Positions 52,925-64,000 of a stretch of DNA of 64,000 nucleotides are shown piece after piece. Below the pieces are notes generated by a model, which was not told the origin of the DNA, ran no database searches, and saw only the letters and a list, made by a program, of their open reading frames with translations. Numbering within the stretch: position 1 is the stretch's first letter; the number at the start of each line of letters is the position of its first letter. This DNA is from Vicugna vicugna (taxonomy: Eukaryota): contig MU058824.1 of assembly GCA_013265495.1 (NCBI GenBank), forward strand, positions 4,741,111 through 4,805,110. The letters are read 5' to 3'. The position numbers and the translations under genes are program-made.

Positions 52925-53789
52925 GCTGGGTATGTGTGAGGGATGGGACTGAGGCCTGGGAGTTGGGAGGCAGAGGGTCTCAGAGCAGGGGCCCAGAGGC
53001 CAGGGGGAAAACTTGTTCCTGGGAGTGAGTCATGTCCACAGCCCCCAGGGGCTTGGTCTACTTATGTAAGAGGGTGCTGCACAGGGGAGGGCTGGAACTG
53101 AAGGGAGTCTGGCCATGTGGCTGTCCAAGGAGCTAGGGAGGAGATGGGCTGAGCTGGATGAGGGTTCTAGTGACAGTCAACTGTGGAGCTCAGTGATGCT
53201 TTAATCTTCCAGATACTCATGCCAGCAAGAGCCTGTGCCTTTCATCCCTAACCTGGAGCCTGCAGGTCCTAAGATCCACCTTCCTCCAGTGTTTTCTCAC
53301 TCCGCCTGGACATGCCTAGCCCAGGGCTGATCCATGCCCAACGTTTATATTTCTAGGCAAGGCTGTGCCCTGCTGGAGACCCTGTCCCAGAAGCTGGAGT
53401 TCCCGGGGAAAGGGTGAAGAAGCTTCTAGAAGAGATTTTGGCCTCCCTGAGAACCTCCCACAGTGGAATGTGTGGGGAAGGCGCACGGGCTGAGTGGATA
53501 GGGGCAGCCCGGAGCCAGCCAGGCAGTTTTATTGAAATATTTTTAAATAATTTGCACGTGTTAGTCTCGTGTGTCAGCGATGCTTGTCCGGTTCAGTGAT
53601 CCCCGGGGAAGAGCAAGCCCAGGGGTTGGATAGGAAATGTTCTGTTCATTGAGTCCATGCCGAGGTTCCCTACACAGGGAGAAGAGCTGGTCAGCCCCTC
53701 CAGGGCTGGCACCATCCAGCATGTGCGCTCTGTCCTCACAGGGCATCCTGAAGACCAGTGGTGGAAGCCGGAGACCACAGGCCCCACTG

Positions 53790-56700
53790 CTAAGAGCGTG
53801 CCCCAGGCAGCTGCAGGCTGGGTGTGGGTGGCTTGGCATGGTGCCCTCGGTGGCAGAGGAGACTGCCCGCCTCACAGTTCAGGTTGCGGTAGCGGGCAAC
53901 AGCCGGTGCGGGGCGGGGGCACATGGACAGGAAGCCAAAGCTGAAGGGGCCAAGGCAGCAGCCGGGGCAGGGCAGTCCCTCCTCGGACTCCCGGGGAGCT
54001 GAAGGGGGCGGCGAGGGTTCTGTCCGCTCCAGAGCTGCTGCCCGGGGCAGGCTGTGCTGGGCCCGGTTCCAGGGCTCCCCGGCCCAGCCTTGTGGAGAGT
54101 TCACCACCACAGCTGGGGGGTTGTTGTTAAGGGGAGGCCCTGATCTAGGGGACCAGGGCTGGGAGGCTGAGGAACAAGTGCTGATGAAGTTGTCTGTGGC
54201 CACGGCTAGGGGCAGCTGGGGAGCTGGTCCAGGGGGTTCTGGCTCAGGGCTACTGCCCTCACACTCCATTCTCTCTTCCGCAGAGGGGCCCACAGCAGGA
54301 GGGCCGGGACCTGGCAGTGCCGTCTCCATTCGCCGGGGGAGTTCAGGGGAGGATGGGAGCGAGCGGCAGCGGCGGGCAGGTGTCCCAGGCTGGACCAGAG
54401 TCTCTGGAGTGGTCACCAAGGGCAGCTGGGTGGAGGGCAGTGGTGACGGTGGTACAAGGGGCAGAGGGGCAACTGGCTTGCTGGGTGTGTCCAGGAGCTT
54501 GATCTTGCCACCCCTGAGGTCTTCTCGTAGTGAGAAGGGGTTGACTCGAGTCAGATTGTCCCCCCAGTTGGGGGGTGATTCTGGCGATGGGGGCAGGAAG
54601 AGGTCTGACCGGCTTCGGGAGAGCCGGGGGTCTGGCCTGGGAAGTGTGGCAGAGGGACCCCCTCTTGGAACAGACCCTGTAGACAAAGAAGTCTGGGGTC
54701 ACTGTTCTCAGCGTTGATCATAGTTCCCTGAGGACCTCATTATTCCCCAGGAGGCAGCTGGGACTAGAACTGAGAAAAGGGAGTCCCACGGGGTGCTTTG
54801 GAAAGGGGGAGATGTCACCCCAGCCCCCTTTACCTCTTCTTTCCTTGTCCTCCTCCCTCAGGCTCTAGAATTAGAAAACTATACTTTCTTTGAGTAATCC
54901 TATTACCCTCCTCGTGCAGCCAGCCTTCTCAACTAACAGATACACTTGGTCTCCTCAGATAATTCCGAGTTCAAAGGAAGAGAGAGGCAACATTCGGTTG
55001 TGCCTACTTACCCTGACTGTGTAGCAGGGAAGCCCCGGGGACGGGGGCTGGCTCAGGCAGCTGCTCCAGGATCCATTCCAGGTGCTGGGTGATTTCAGTA
55101 AAGGGAGCACGAGTGCTGGGTTCCATCTGATGGGGAGAGATGGGCAGCTTCACTAAGTGCTCCAAAAGAGGGATGCTGAGTTTTCCTTATCACCTGGGAC
55201 CTTGTCAACTGATGGATTGGGGTGAAGGGCAGGGAGGGAGACCGAGGCTCTTACACTGCAGCAATGGATGGCCAGGAGCAGGAAAGGCAGTGGGCAGTCA
55301 TCCCCTACCAGGGTCCGGAAAGCAGGCACATCCAGGCCAAAGTCCTGTGGGGACAGAGGAGGGGCCCCCAAGTCAGTCTTCCTTGAGTTCTCCTTCTGCC
55401 CCCTAATCAGGACCTTAACCTCCAAGGAACCCTCCTTGGTTATGAGCTGCCCAGTCTGGAGTTCCTCTTTTTCAAACCTGTAGACATCATTCACCTCAGT
55501 TCGGGGTAGGTAGTCTGGGTCCGCGGGTACTCTCGCGATGAGCTCACAGAGGACAATCCCAAAGGCAAAGACATCGGCCTGGGGGGTAGGAGAGAATGTC
55601 AGGGGGAGGCACTGACAGTTTCCTGTCAGAATATGTCAGAATTTGCGGCAGTGTTGGCAGCTGCCATGTGTTGGAAGGGATGCCTGTGAGGAGTAAGGGG
55701 GGTCTTGGGAGTCTCCTGAGTATCTGGTAGGGCTGTTGAGGAACCTGGGATGGAGCTTTATAAGAATATCTCCAGGGTCTCTGGAAGGCCTTGGGGATCT
55801 GAAGGGTCCATGTCTTACCTTCTCATCATACAGCTCACCCCGCAACACCTCTGGAGCCATCCAGTATGGGGAACCCACCACAGCCAATGGCTCCTTCCTT
55901 GCCCCTTCCCTACAGGGGCAGGGGCAGAGTGGTCAGGAACATCCCACCCAGACACCCTCTCCAAACAAAAAGGGATGAGGTCAGCCCCCTCCTCACCCCA
56001 AGGTAAATGGCCCTGTGGGCTTCACTTAGATAAGGGCCACCTGGGAAGTTTAGGGGGATGGGGGCATTCACCTCACCTATACACAGGAATCTTTTCGGCC
56101 AGCCCGAAGTCACCCACAACAGCTGTGAAGCCTTGGTCTTCCCGTCGTATCAGACAGTTCTGACATACACATATAGCAACCCCACACACCCATCACCTTC
56201 TGTTCTCTGATCTCCCAACATACACCCCAAAGACCTGTCACTCCAGAAAATCCCCAGCCCTCTCTGATCTCCCCATTTTCCAGTGCACCCCAATCTTGCA
56301 ACATCATCCATCACTCCATACACAACATGGTACTCAGTCCCTCAGAGCACTCCCCCTCATTCCAGTTTCCCACTCTCCAATGTCTTGGTACCCCAACATC
56401 CTAATGTTGCCTATTATTCACATTCCAATACTTATGTGTGGTTACAACCTAATACATCTCAAATACCCTTTCATGCTTCCATCCATCTTGCCAGCCTACC
56501 TTGGATGTGAGGTCTCGGTGGAATACACCTTTGGCATGCAGGTACCGCAGGCCACGGGCGATGTCCAAAGCCAGGTGGAGCCTGACAGGCCAGGATAGGG
56601 GTTCTGGGGAGCTGAGCAGCTGTTCCAGGGTCCCCCCATTCATATACTGGGACACAGGGAGGAGAAGGGGAATGAATGTCAAGGTTTCAGTCTGTACTCT

Positions 56701-57827
56701 GGATCTTCCACTTAAAAGTTGGGGACCCTCAGGAGGATCACAAAGATCAGGAGAGTGAGTCTTTGCTCTAGGGTCCCTCATTCATATTCTAGGGTCCCTC
56801 ATTCATATTCTAGGGCTGTCCTGTCCCATACATGTGCAACAATTTAAATTATTAAGTTTAAATAAAATTAATCATTCAGTCCCTCAGTCATACTTGCCAC
56901 AATTCCAGTGCTCCTTAGACACATGTGGCTAGTGGCTATGGTTTTGGACAGCATGGATAGAGAACATTTTCACGCACAAAGTTCTACTGGACAGCACTAT
57001 TCTAGAGGATATAAAGGATGGGACCGGCTGAGGCATTTTATCTGTGGTTTGCCTAAAAGGAAGTTCAGGGAAGCCTCCCCTGGGAGGAGGTCCTGCTGCC
57101 TCTCATTATTCCTCTGTAAATGCACCGGGCTGACTCTCTTCCCTGGGTGGTGGTGGGGTCTCCCCCTTCCTAGCCCATCCTTACCTCTGTAAGAGCGTGC
57201 AGTTGCCCCTGGTGCACACAGACCCCCATGAACCTGGAAGAGGATGGGAAAGGTAGCAGGGTAGGCTGGAAGAGCCTCAGCTCCTCCACAGGTCTCACTT
57301 TTCCCGCGGGATCTTTCCCCGTCCCCCAGCAAGCTTCCCAGCAAGCGGCTGAGGCTGTTCACCTTAGGATGTTGGGGTGCCGGAGACGGTTCATCAGCTG
57401 CACCTCCCGTAGCGTGTTTCCTCGGTTACTGGGGAGCCTGTTCATTTTCAGCACCATGACTTGCCCTGACTGTCGGTGCCGAACCTGGGGGTGGCAGGGG
57501 CTGGCGAGTCCCGCGCAGGTTGGGCGGGTTGCCAGGGTCCCGGTCCCCTAGTTCCAGCCTCCAGTCTAAGGCTCGGTCCCGCCCCTCTGCCCTCTCTGCT
57601 GGTCTTACCTTGTAGACCTCAGAGAAGAAGCCGGCCCCGATCTTCTCGGCGCAGTGGAAATCGTCCACGCGTGCCAGACTGGACACGGCGCTGCGGAGAG
57701 CCCGGTAGGAGGAGGGGCGGCCCCGGCCCGGGCCTCCGCCCGCGCCCCCCGGCCCCGGGGGCCCCTCCCCCGGCGCCTCTCCGGGCCCGGGCCCAGGGCC
57801 CCGCAGTGGGGGCCGTTCCCCGGCCAT
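53790..57827 (-). CDS. TESK1: Testis-associated actin remodelling kinase 1, 10 exons, 628 aa
   Basis: Exons 57609-57827, 57363-57484, 57185-57233, 56500-56646, 56077-56159, 55819-55909, 55495-55578, 55255-55344, 55012-55126, 53790-54676 (1887 nt). [36 protein letters not shown], 14-3-3 motif RCRSLP; minus-strand AATAAA 53528-53533. Confidence 0.98.
56767..56815. repeat. 21-bp tandem duplication
   Basis: TCTAGGGTCCCTCATTCATAT at 56767-56787 and 56788-56808, plus partial TCTAGGG. Confidence 0.9.
56812..57000 (-). mobile_element. MER3/MER33-like hAT-Charlie element in TESK1 intron 3
   Basis: CACATGTGGCTAGTGGCTA, TTGGACAGCA, AAAGTTCTACTGGACAGCACT. Confidence 0.75.
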
Positions 57828-58310
57828 GGCCCGGCCCCCAGCCCGGGCTTGCTTCACATGGCAGGGTCCCCGGGGCCCGGGCAGGCCGCGCTCGCCATGG
57901 GAGCGGGCCCAGCCCGATCCCAGGCGCCGGGGCTCCCGCTCCCGCCCTGGAGAATGGAAGATCCGCCGAAGATCCCGGGCCCGCCCCCGCCGCGCCGGCT
58001 AGCTGGGCCCAGATGGACGCCGCTCCGCTCTGCTCTGCGCAGGGCCTGGGGCTGGGCCGGGCGGTGATGGTGGCGCTCCCGGGCGCCGGCGGGCAGGCGG
58101 GCGGGCTCCCCGCAGGCGGAGGCGGGCGGGCGGGCGGCGGCTGCTCCGCTTCGCCGCTGGGGCTCAGGCTCGGCGGCCTGCCGGGGGCGGGGCTGAGCCC
58201 GGCCTCTTCTTAACTCCTTCTAGCCCGGCCTCCAGGCAGCGGCCACGCCCCCTCAGGTGCGCACCCCGCCACTAGTGGCCGCGACGCCCTAGGCGAGTGG
58301 GACTGGGGCG
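57400..58310 (-). promoter_or_regulatory. TESK1 CpG island / promoter / GC-rich 5'UTR
   Basis: Very high GC and CpG density over exon 1 and upstream; GGGGGCGGGG at 58183-58192. Confidence 0.85.
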
Positions 58311-59377
58311 TCAGGGTCAAATAAGTTCAGGCCTGAACTGAATAACTGAAGGGAATTAAAGGCTGATTGTGCATACACGCAGCTCAGATGTCTTCTAGCT
58401 GTCCTGTGAGTCCTTTCTCCCCTCCCTCCCTGAGGTCACGGTCGGTTGAGGGCCGGGCTCAGGAAGCCGCCCAATTCCTGGGCTCCAGGGGCCGGCAGGG
58501 CAGAAAAGATCTACCCACCTTCCCGGCCTCCACCGTGGCCCAGCCCCATTTCCCAGGTCTCGACCCTTACACTTTAAACCTCCGGACTCCTAGACACTTT
58601 CTACCTTCTCGGGCGGTTGTGATGCCCCGGGGCTGTAGTGAGCCCTGGGCCAGCCCATTCCAGGTGCGGCCTCAAGTCCTCACTCCATTCCGCCTCCCTC
58701 GAATAAAGCTGACTCCAGAGCCTCCGCCCAGAGACCACCCAGCCTGGACCTTACTCTTACTATTTCGTCCAAATGCCCCTCTCTCAAAAGAGAAGTATCC
58801 ACCTGCAGGAAAGCTCCTCTTTGCGCGAGATCCCATCCCTTGGCAAAATCCTGCCCCTCAAGACTTTCCCTTGGAGACCCCTCTTTCTCAGTGAGAACCC
58901 CCTCTTCAGAGGGACCTCAGCTCAGTATGACACTGCCACCATCAGCGTGTACCAGAACCCTTCAAGTGCGACACCCATCCTCTGTATGTTCCTCCCTCTC
59001 AGTGAGACCCCCCACCTCTCAGAGCACCTCCACCGGTCATTGTGACCCCTCCTCTCAACGTGACTCCTCCCTTCAGTGTGGCCCAGCCCTTATCGGTGTG
59101 ACCCCTCTCGGCGGGTACCACCCCCCATTACGTAGAAATCAGGCCTGCCCCCTCAGGCGGAAGGAGGATCTGCAGCTGGCCTCTGAAGCGACGTGGGGTC
59201 CTGAGTGCGCACGCACCATCTCAGGACCCTGTGCGCTCGCCGTACCGGACGCTTTCGGTTTTCCACTGGCTCCTCCCCCCGGTCGTCGTCGGAATAGCCA
59301 ATCATCGCCAGAAATGGGTGACGTTGCTCGACCCCGGGGACTGGTCTAGAATGAGCGGTTGTGGGCGTCGATGAACC

Positions 59378-59396
59378 GCTCGCCACCTAGCGGCGG
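59378..59396 (-). promoter_or_regulatory. CTCF-type motif in a second CpG-rich patch
   Basis: CGCCACCTAGCGGC = GCCGCTAGGTGGCG on minus, close to the CTCF core consensus. Confidence 0.65.
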
Positions 59397-61043
59397 AATG
59401 GAGGGCAGCGGGAGTGCAGGCTGCAGGCATTGGGAGCAAAACAGACTGCGGTAGAACTTGAGGGAGAGGCGGAGTTCGCTTCAGAAATTCTGAAGTACTT
59501 TATTTGTTTCTGTGGTAAGCTAAAAAGAAAATTAATACAAGCACAGTCGCATCAGTGTGAGTGACCGCCTTCTGAGTCTTGTCCCAGGTTTATGAGAGTT
59601 GGAGCCACGTATTATTTAATAGTCAAGAGCTAATGAGAAAAGAATAAAGACAATCTTAAATTATAAATGATGCGGTAGGGTCAAGAGAAGGTCAGATGCT
59701 GTCTCGGTACAGGGGAAGGTTTCGCACAAGTTTGGAGAGAAAAGAACTGGAGAAAGTCACAGTCCCTCCATGGCCATGGAAACGGGCCAGTCTCGAGAAC
59801 AACCTGTGCCTGGGCCATGTGCATCATTGTCATTCTTCCAGAGGCAATTTGGTCTCAGCAAAACACGCTTCTTTGTCACATTAAATGTTCACAAGTATTT
59901 AGTTTGTAAGTTTGCCTTCTATAGCTGTGTGAGATCTATAAACACTAGGAATGTATGCCTCATTTGTTTAAGAAATATAGGAATTTAATCGTTACATATC
60001 TGACCCTTTATCCAAGTTTGAGAACAGCTGTAGTTGGTGATTGTAATTCCCTGAAGAGAAGCCAGATTCCTGTTTTAGAAAGATAAAAGTTGTGGTTTAT
60101 GGAGGCGGGGGGACTGATTAGGAAGGAAGCTCTGGCAATGCTTCAGTCAGGAGAGGATGAGGGACTGAACTAGGATAGGGATATCAGGGAAGAAGAGAAG
60201 GAAACATTCAATGGACTTGCTGATTGATTAGTATCCAAAGTCTGTCAGTCCTGTGGTGAGAAAGCATCAGCCAGGATAATTTTAAAGTTTCTAGCTTAGA
60301 TGACTGGGTGATATCAATTGAGATAAAGAGTCCAGGAGGAGGTAAGTTGGGTGGGGGAAGGTAGGTGGTTGCTATAAACAAAGGGGTGCTGGTAAAGAAA
60401 ACTATGCTGGTGGCTGCCATTATCCAAGCAGGCTGTATCGAGGGAGAAATAGGCAGACAGTGAATCCTAGGGGATACCAACAGGATTAAAGGGTCCCTGG
60501 ATGAAGAGAAATCCACGAAGGAGACTGAGAAGAAACGTGCTGAAAGATAGGAGGATAATCTTTTTAAAGTGCCTAGAATTCTTTATTTAGAACAATAAAG
60601 TATCTGTTTATATAATGTCATTTCAAATTCAAACCTGCATAAGGGGTCAGGACCTATACTGGTTTTAAGAAGTACACATGCAGTACACACACATCACGTT
60701 TTACAACCTTTTTTATTTAAGTAAACTTTAGTCATAGTAAAACTGTTTAGAATAGTGATGACATATATTTACATTACAATATGCACACTCCAATCTGTGA
60801 CTGAACTAACAGTATATCTGGACATCCATCTAAATGTCTGAATACTTTTCAAGTTCACTGATTTAAAAAATAGTGGCAAGTGGAATCCAGGAATGGAGAG
60901 CTTAGGAAAAGTGGAATAATGAACAGTATTAAATAGAGCAGAGTGTGCTAAGTTTTCAGTGTTCCATGAGTTAGGCTTATTTAAAGATCTTTTTATTGTT
61001 TTTCAAACTTTTTTGATGGAAAATATCAAACATAAAAAAAAAA

Positions 61044-61185
61044 GAGGGAACTATATTCAATAACTTGTAATAACCTATAATGAAAAAGAATATATGTATA
61101 ACTGAATCACTATGCTGTACACCAGAAACTAACAGAACATTGTAAATCAACCACACTTCAATTAAAAAAAAAAAGAAGAAGAAGA
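61044..61185 (+). mobile_element. Short L1 3'-end insertion with A/GAA-rich tail
   Basis: AGGGAACTATATTCAATAACTTGTAATAACCTATAATG...AACTGAATCACTATGCTGTACACCAGAAACTAAC...poly-A. Confidence 0.85.
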
Positions 61186-61971
61186 ACAGAGTAGAACAAT
61201 GATCCCTTACTCACCTTGGGTCAGTAGGATCATTTTGTTGGAGACCCATTGTGCAAAATCACTTACTCATGCCTCAGTTGTACTGTTGCCATAACTGACC
61301 TGACCGAGGTGAAAGTACCTGCTTCTATATACCTTCCATACCAGTGATTCTCCAATAATCAATTCATAGCCAATCTTGTTTCATCTATATTCCTGCTCTC
61401 TCCCCACAGCCCAGTTATTTGGTGCATATTTCTGACATTTAATCATTTTATCAATAAATATTTCAGTATGTTATCTCTAAAAGATAAGGATTCTTCTTTA
61501 AAAACTCACAGTAACGTTGTCATACCTAAAAAAATTAGTAATTCCTTAATATCATCCAGTATCTAGATGTTCATATTTTCCCCACTGACTTATATTTAGT
61601 TTTTAAAAAATTGTTAATTTGAATCAAAATCTAAAGTCCATACTTCGAAATTGATGTCTCTTAAGTCTTTTTAAATCTTTTAAGTTCATCCATTATCTTT
61701 TTTCCCTTACCATTTTTTTGTTTGAAGAAACCAGGTCATTTGTCCTGTAGTTTCTCAGAGTCTTAACTTTTGCTGAGTTTCTTCTAATGTGATTTAGGAT
61801 ATCCCTTGGTCCTCTGTATTTCCAGTAAATCGGTAGTTAGAGACTTAATCAGATTTATATTTGATTATTTTAGCAAAACTAATCCATAGGTGGTTTTAGT
61901 ACTTTTATCGGGAGGCATACATTTGTGGTCTTTTTGTGATGTTAGTAACTGATGGCAGTCATTGTCTAGAC

Positions 61972-62188
61972 CAGGGTTTCTCAAAATTGGCACTATTGAC
62001 ATTTTGGGCTGGTTAATTCTTTATTGTAGGGGAGCTGTCCTGTGCATTGTAGGATGCTTAGCAGCATCCATAGCCTCTATCCACCAGGTATCAGTAGCAA
62101 CCTCCTCAATTGTGACAACCAAAACTCTCTGGACACTGCCAGTTGTCCTCCCCCTGGGGGCAGAATTGTGCCTAATTGAGAACCACTG
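61972..62188. mobile_element. MER20-like hAT DNA transposon with 8-bp TSD
   Basis: CAGGGTTTCTCAA...TTGAGAACCACTG terminal inverted repeats; GTCTAGAC (61964-61971) / GTCTAGGT (62189-62196). Confidence 0.88.
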
Positions 62189-62360
62189 GTCTAGGTTCAT
62201 TAATGTAGGAATTAGAAAATAATATTCTCATTCTATCCTTCTTTCTTTATGAGGTAGAATACTTCTACAGAGAGAAACTTTCCCACGCTATTTGTTGCCC
62301 AGAGATGTATTTCACTTTTTCAACAAAAATGCTTAATTGTTTCCCTTTTATTTTACCAGC

Positions 62361-62408
62361 TTTTAAAGTAGTAGTGAGTTAGTTTTAAAGTAGTAGTGAG
62401 TTAGTTTT
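62361..62408. repeat. 22-bp tandem duplication
   Basis: TTTTAAAGTAGTAGTGAGTTAG at 62361-62382 and 62383-62404. Confidence 0.9.
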
Positions 62409-63129
62409 CTAGCATTCTCCAACAGTGACCAATGAGGTTTTTTTGGTGGTGGTGGTGTTTTCTGGTACCATCATGAACTCATCATTTAACACATATATGA
62501 TGTGTCTCAATCGCTGGCAGTTTAAAAAATCATTTTTGATGTTTAAATTGTCCTGTTTTGACCAGTGGAAACTTATTCAAATTGGCTCCTGAGTCCTTTT
62601 GACATGACCTGTAAGATTTCTTGCTGTTTGGTATAATACAATGTTCCAGGCTCATTTTGTGCCTTCCTAGACTGGAGCTAGTTTCAGCTATTTTTTCCAA
62701 TGATTCATGGTTCCTTTTAGTTGGAGATGGTGTTTAGAGACCACAACCTGGGTACTAGGGATATAATGTTATTTGACCTCAGGAAGAGTAAATGTAGTTG
62801 ATTACCTCTTCTTCTCGAAACAGTCCCAGTATCTCTTTATTATGAAAAATTCCAAACATGCAGAAAAATTAGAATGCACAATGAACATCTATATACCCTC
62901 ACCTAGATTCAACAATTGTTCTTAACATTTTGTCATGTTTGTTGTGTCTAATGTGGCCTGATATGACAGATGATATAGTATGGTATAGTATAGTACACTA
63001 TACTACAATATAATTTTTTGTTGTACCATTTGAAAATAAGTTGCAGGCATTATGACACTTCATTAGTATTATCTCCTTAACTCATTTTCTGTGTAACCAT
63101 GATACCATTATCATATCATGAATTACTTT

Positions 63130-63840
63130 ATTTAGTTTCTTGATTCTCCTCATATTTTATTGGCTCCTTCTTCTAGATCTCTTTTGCTGATTCTTCGTCA
63201 TCATTCTGACCTCTGAACAGTGGCATATCTAGGGCTCTATCATTGGACCTCTTCTCTTTTCTCTACATACAGACATGATGGGTCATCCCATTAACTCCAA
63301 GGTTTAAAATACTATTTATATGCTGATGACTCCCATTTTCTCTCACCCCAACCTCTCCTCTGAACTCTAGACTCCTGTATTCAGTTGCTTACTTACATGT
63401 CCAGTTGGATATCTAGTTGGTTTTTCAAAATCAGTGGGTGCAAAACAGAACTCTTGAATCCTGCCCCTTCTTCCCCAGCTTTTCTCTAAGACTTTCCCAT
63501 TTCCAGTCTATTAGGTGCCCAAGCAAGACAATGTAGTTAGTTATCCTTGACTCTTCTCTTTCTCTCTCTCCCCTATATCTAGCCCATCAGCAATTTGTGT
63601 TTGTTCTATGTTTGAAATCTATCCATAACCTGACCACTCTGACACTTCCACTGCCTCTGACCCAGTTGAGGCCACCACTGTCTCTTGCCTGGGTTGTTGC
63701 AATAGCCTCCTTCTGGTCTCCCTGCTATGCCTTTGTCTCCCTACAGCAGCCAGAATATGCTTTTAAAGTATAATTCAGATCATTTTCTCTCTCTGCTCAG
63801 AACCTCTCATCTCACTCAAAATCATATCCAAAATCTTTCC
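63130..63840. mobile_element. L2 LINE fragment
   Basis: TATATGCTGATGACTCCC, CTCTCCTCTGAACTCTAGACT, CCTTGACTCTTCTCTTTCTCTC, TTGCAATAGCCTCCT. Confidence 0.75.
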
Positions 63841-64000
63841 TACAATTTTTTCTTTCTAATATTTTACCTTTAATTTCTATTTCTTTGCTTAAGACCATCA
63901 ATATAATGTTGAGTGAAGCAGAGGCAGTAGACACTTGTACTTATTCCTGATCTTTAAAAGAATGTTTTTAATGTTTTACTATTAAGTTTCGTATTTACTG

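Larger units (their letters stand above)
61350..63120 (-). mobile_element. Old L1M-type 3' region with nested elements
   Basis: T-rich plus strand with motifs ATCTCTAAAAGATAAGGA, TTGAAGAAACCAGGTCATTTGTCCTGTAG, TGTTCCAGGCTCATTTTGT. Confidence 0.6.

Noticed and set aside
53923..54717. 264-aa plus-strand ORF
   Set aside because: Antisense shadow of the GC-rich TESK1 last exon; no recognisable domain
55345..55820. Possible ortholog of a human intronic miRNA in TESK1
   Set aside because: No convincing long hairpin seen by eye; cannot support
57476..58213. 245-aa and 137-aa plus-strand ORFs
   Set aside because: Stop-poor CpG-island sequence antisense to TESK1 exon 1; low-complexity G/P/R/A
58367..59349. 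175-aa and 169-aa ORFs divergent from TESK1
   Set aside because: Non-ATG starts, proline-rich composition expected from C-rich promoter flank, no homology recognised

Overview
Mammalian (non-primate, non-rodent) genomic DNA syntenic with human chr9p13.3, in reverse orientation relative to the human reference. Gene order: TPM2 (3' part, exons 3-9d, +), CA9 (-), ARHGEF39 (+), CCDC107 (-), RMRP (+), SIT1 (+), CD72 (+), TESK1 (-). I traced each coding exon by hand through GT-AG boundaries, and all reading frames are intact. Intergenic DNA is mostly old MIR/L2/CR1/L1M/MLT1/MER repeats plus a few young 5'-truncated L1 3' ends with target-site duplications. Their style suggests a cetartiodactyl, possibly a camelid, but that is inference. 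I found no evidence of a new multi-gene system. The best leads are a SIT1 start-codon replacement, an orphan ZNF143/NRF1/Sp1 CpG promoter at ~33.6 kb, a c-fos-SRE-like element in TPM2 intron 2, a frame-breaking 83-nt CCDC107 intron, a TESK1 uORF, an RMRP hairpin insertion, two convergent 3'-end overlaps and a possible L1 3' transduction. Comparisons with human/mouse sequences are from memory and need alignment to confirm.
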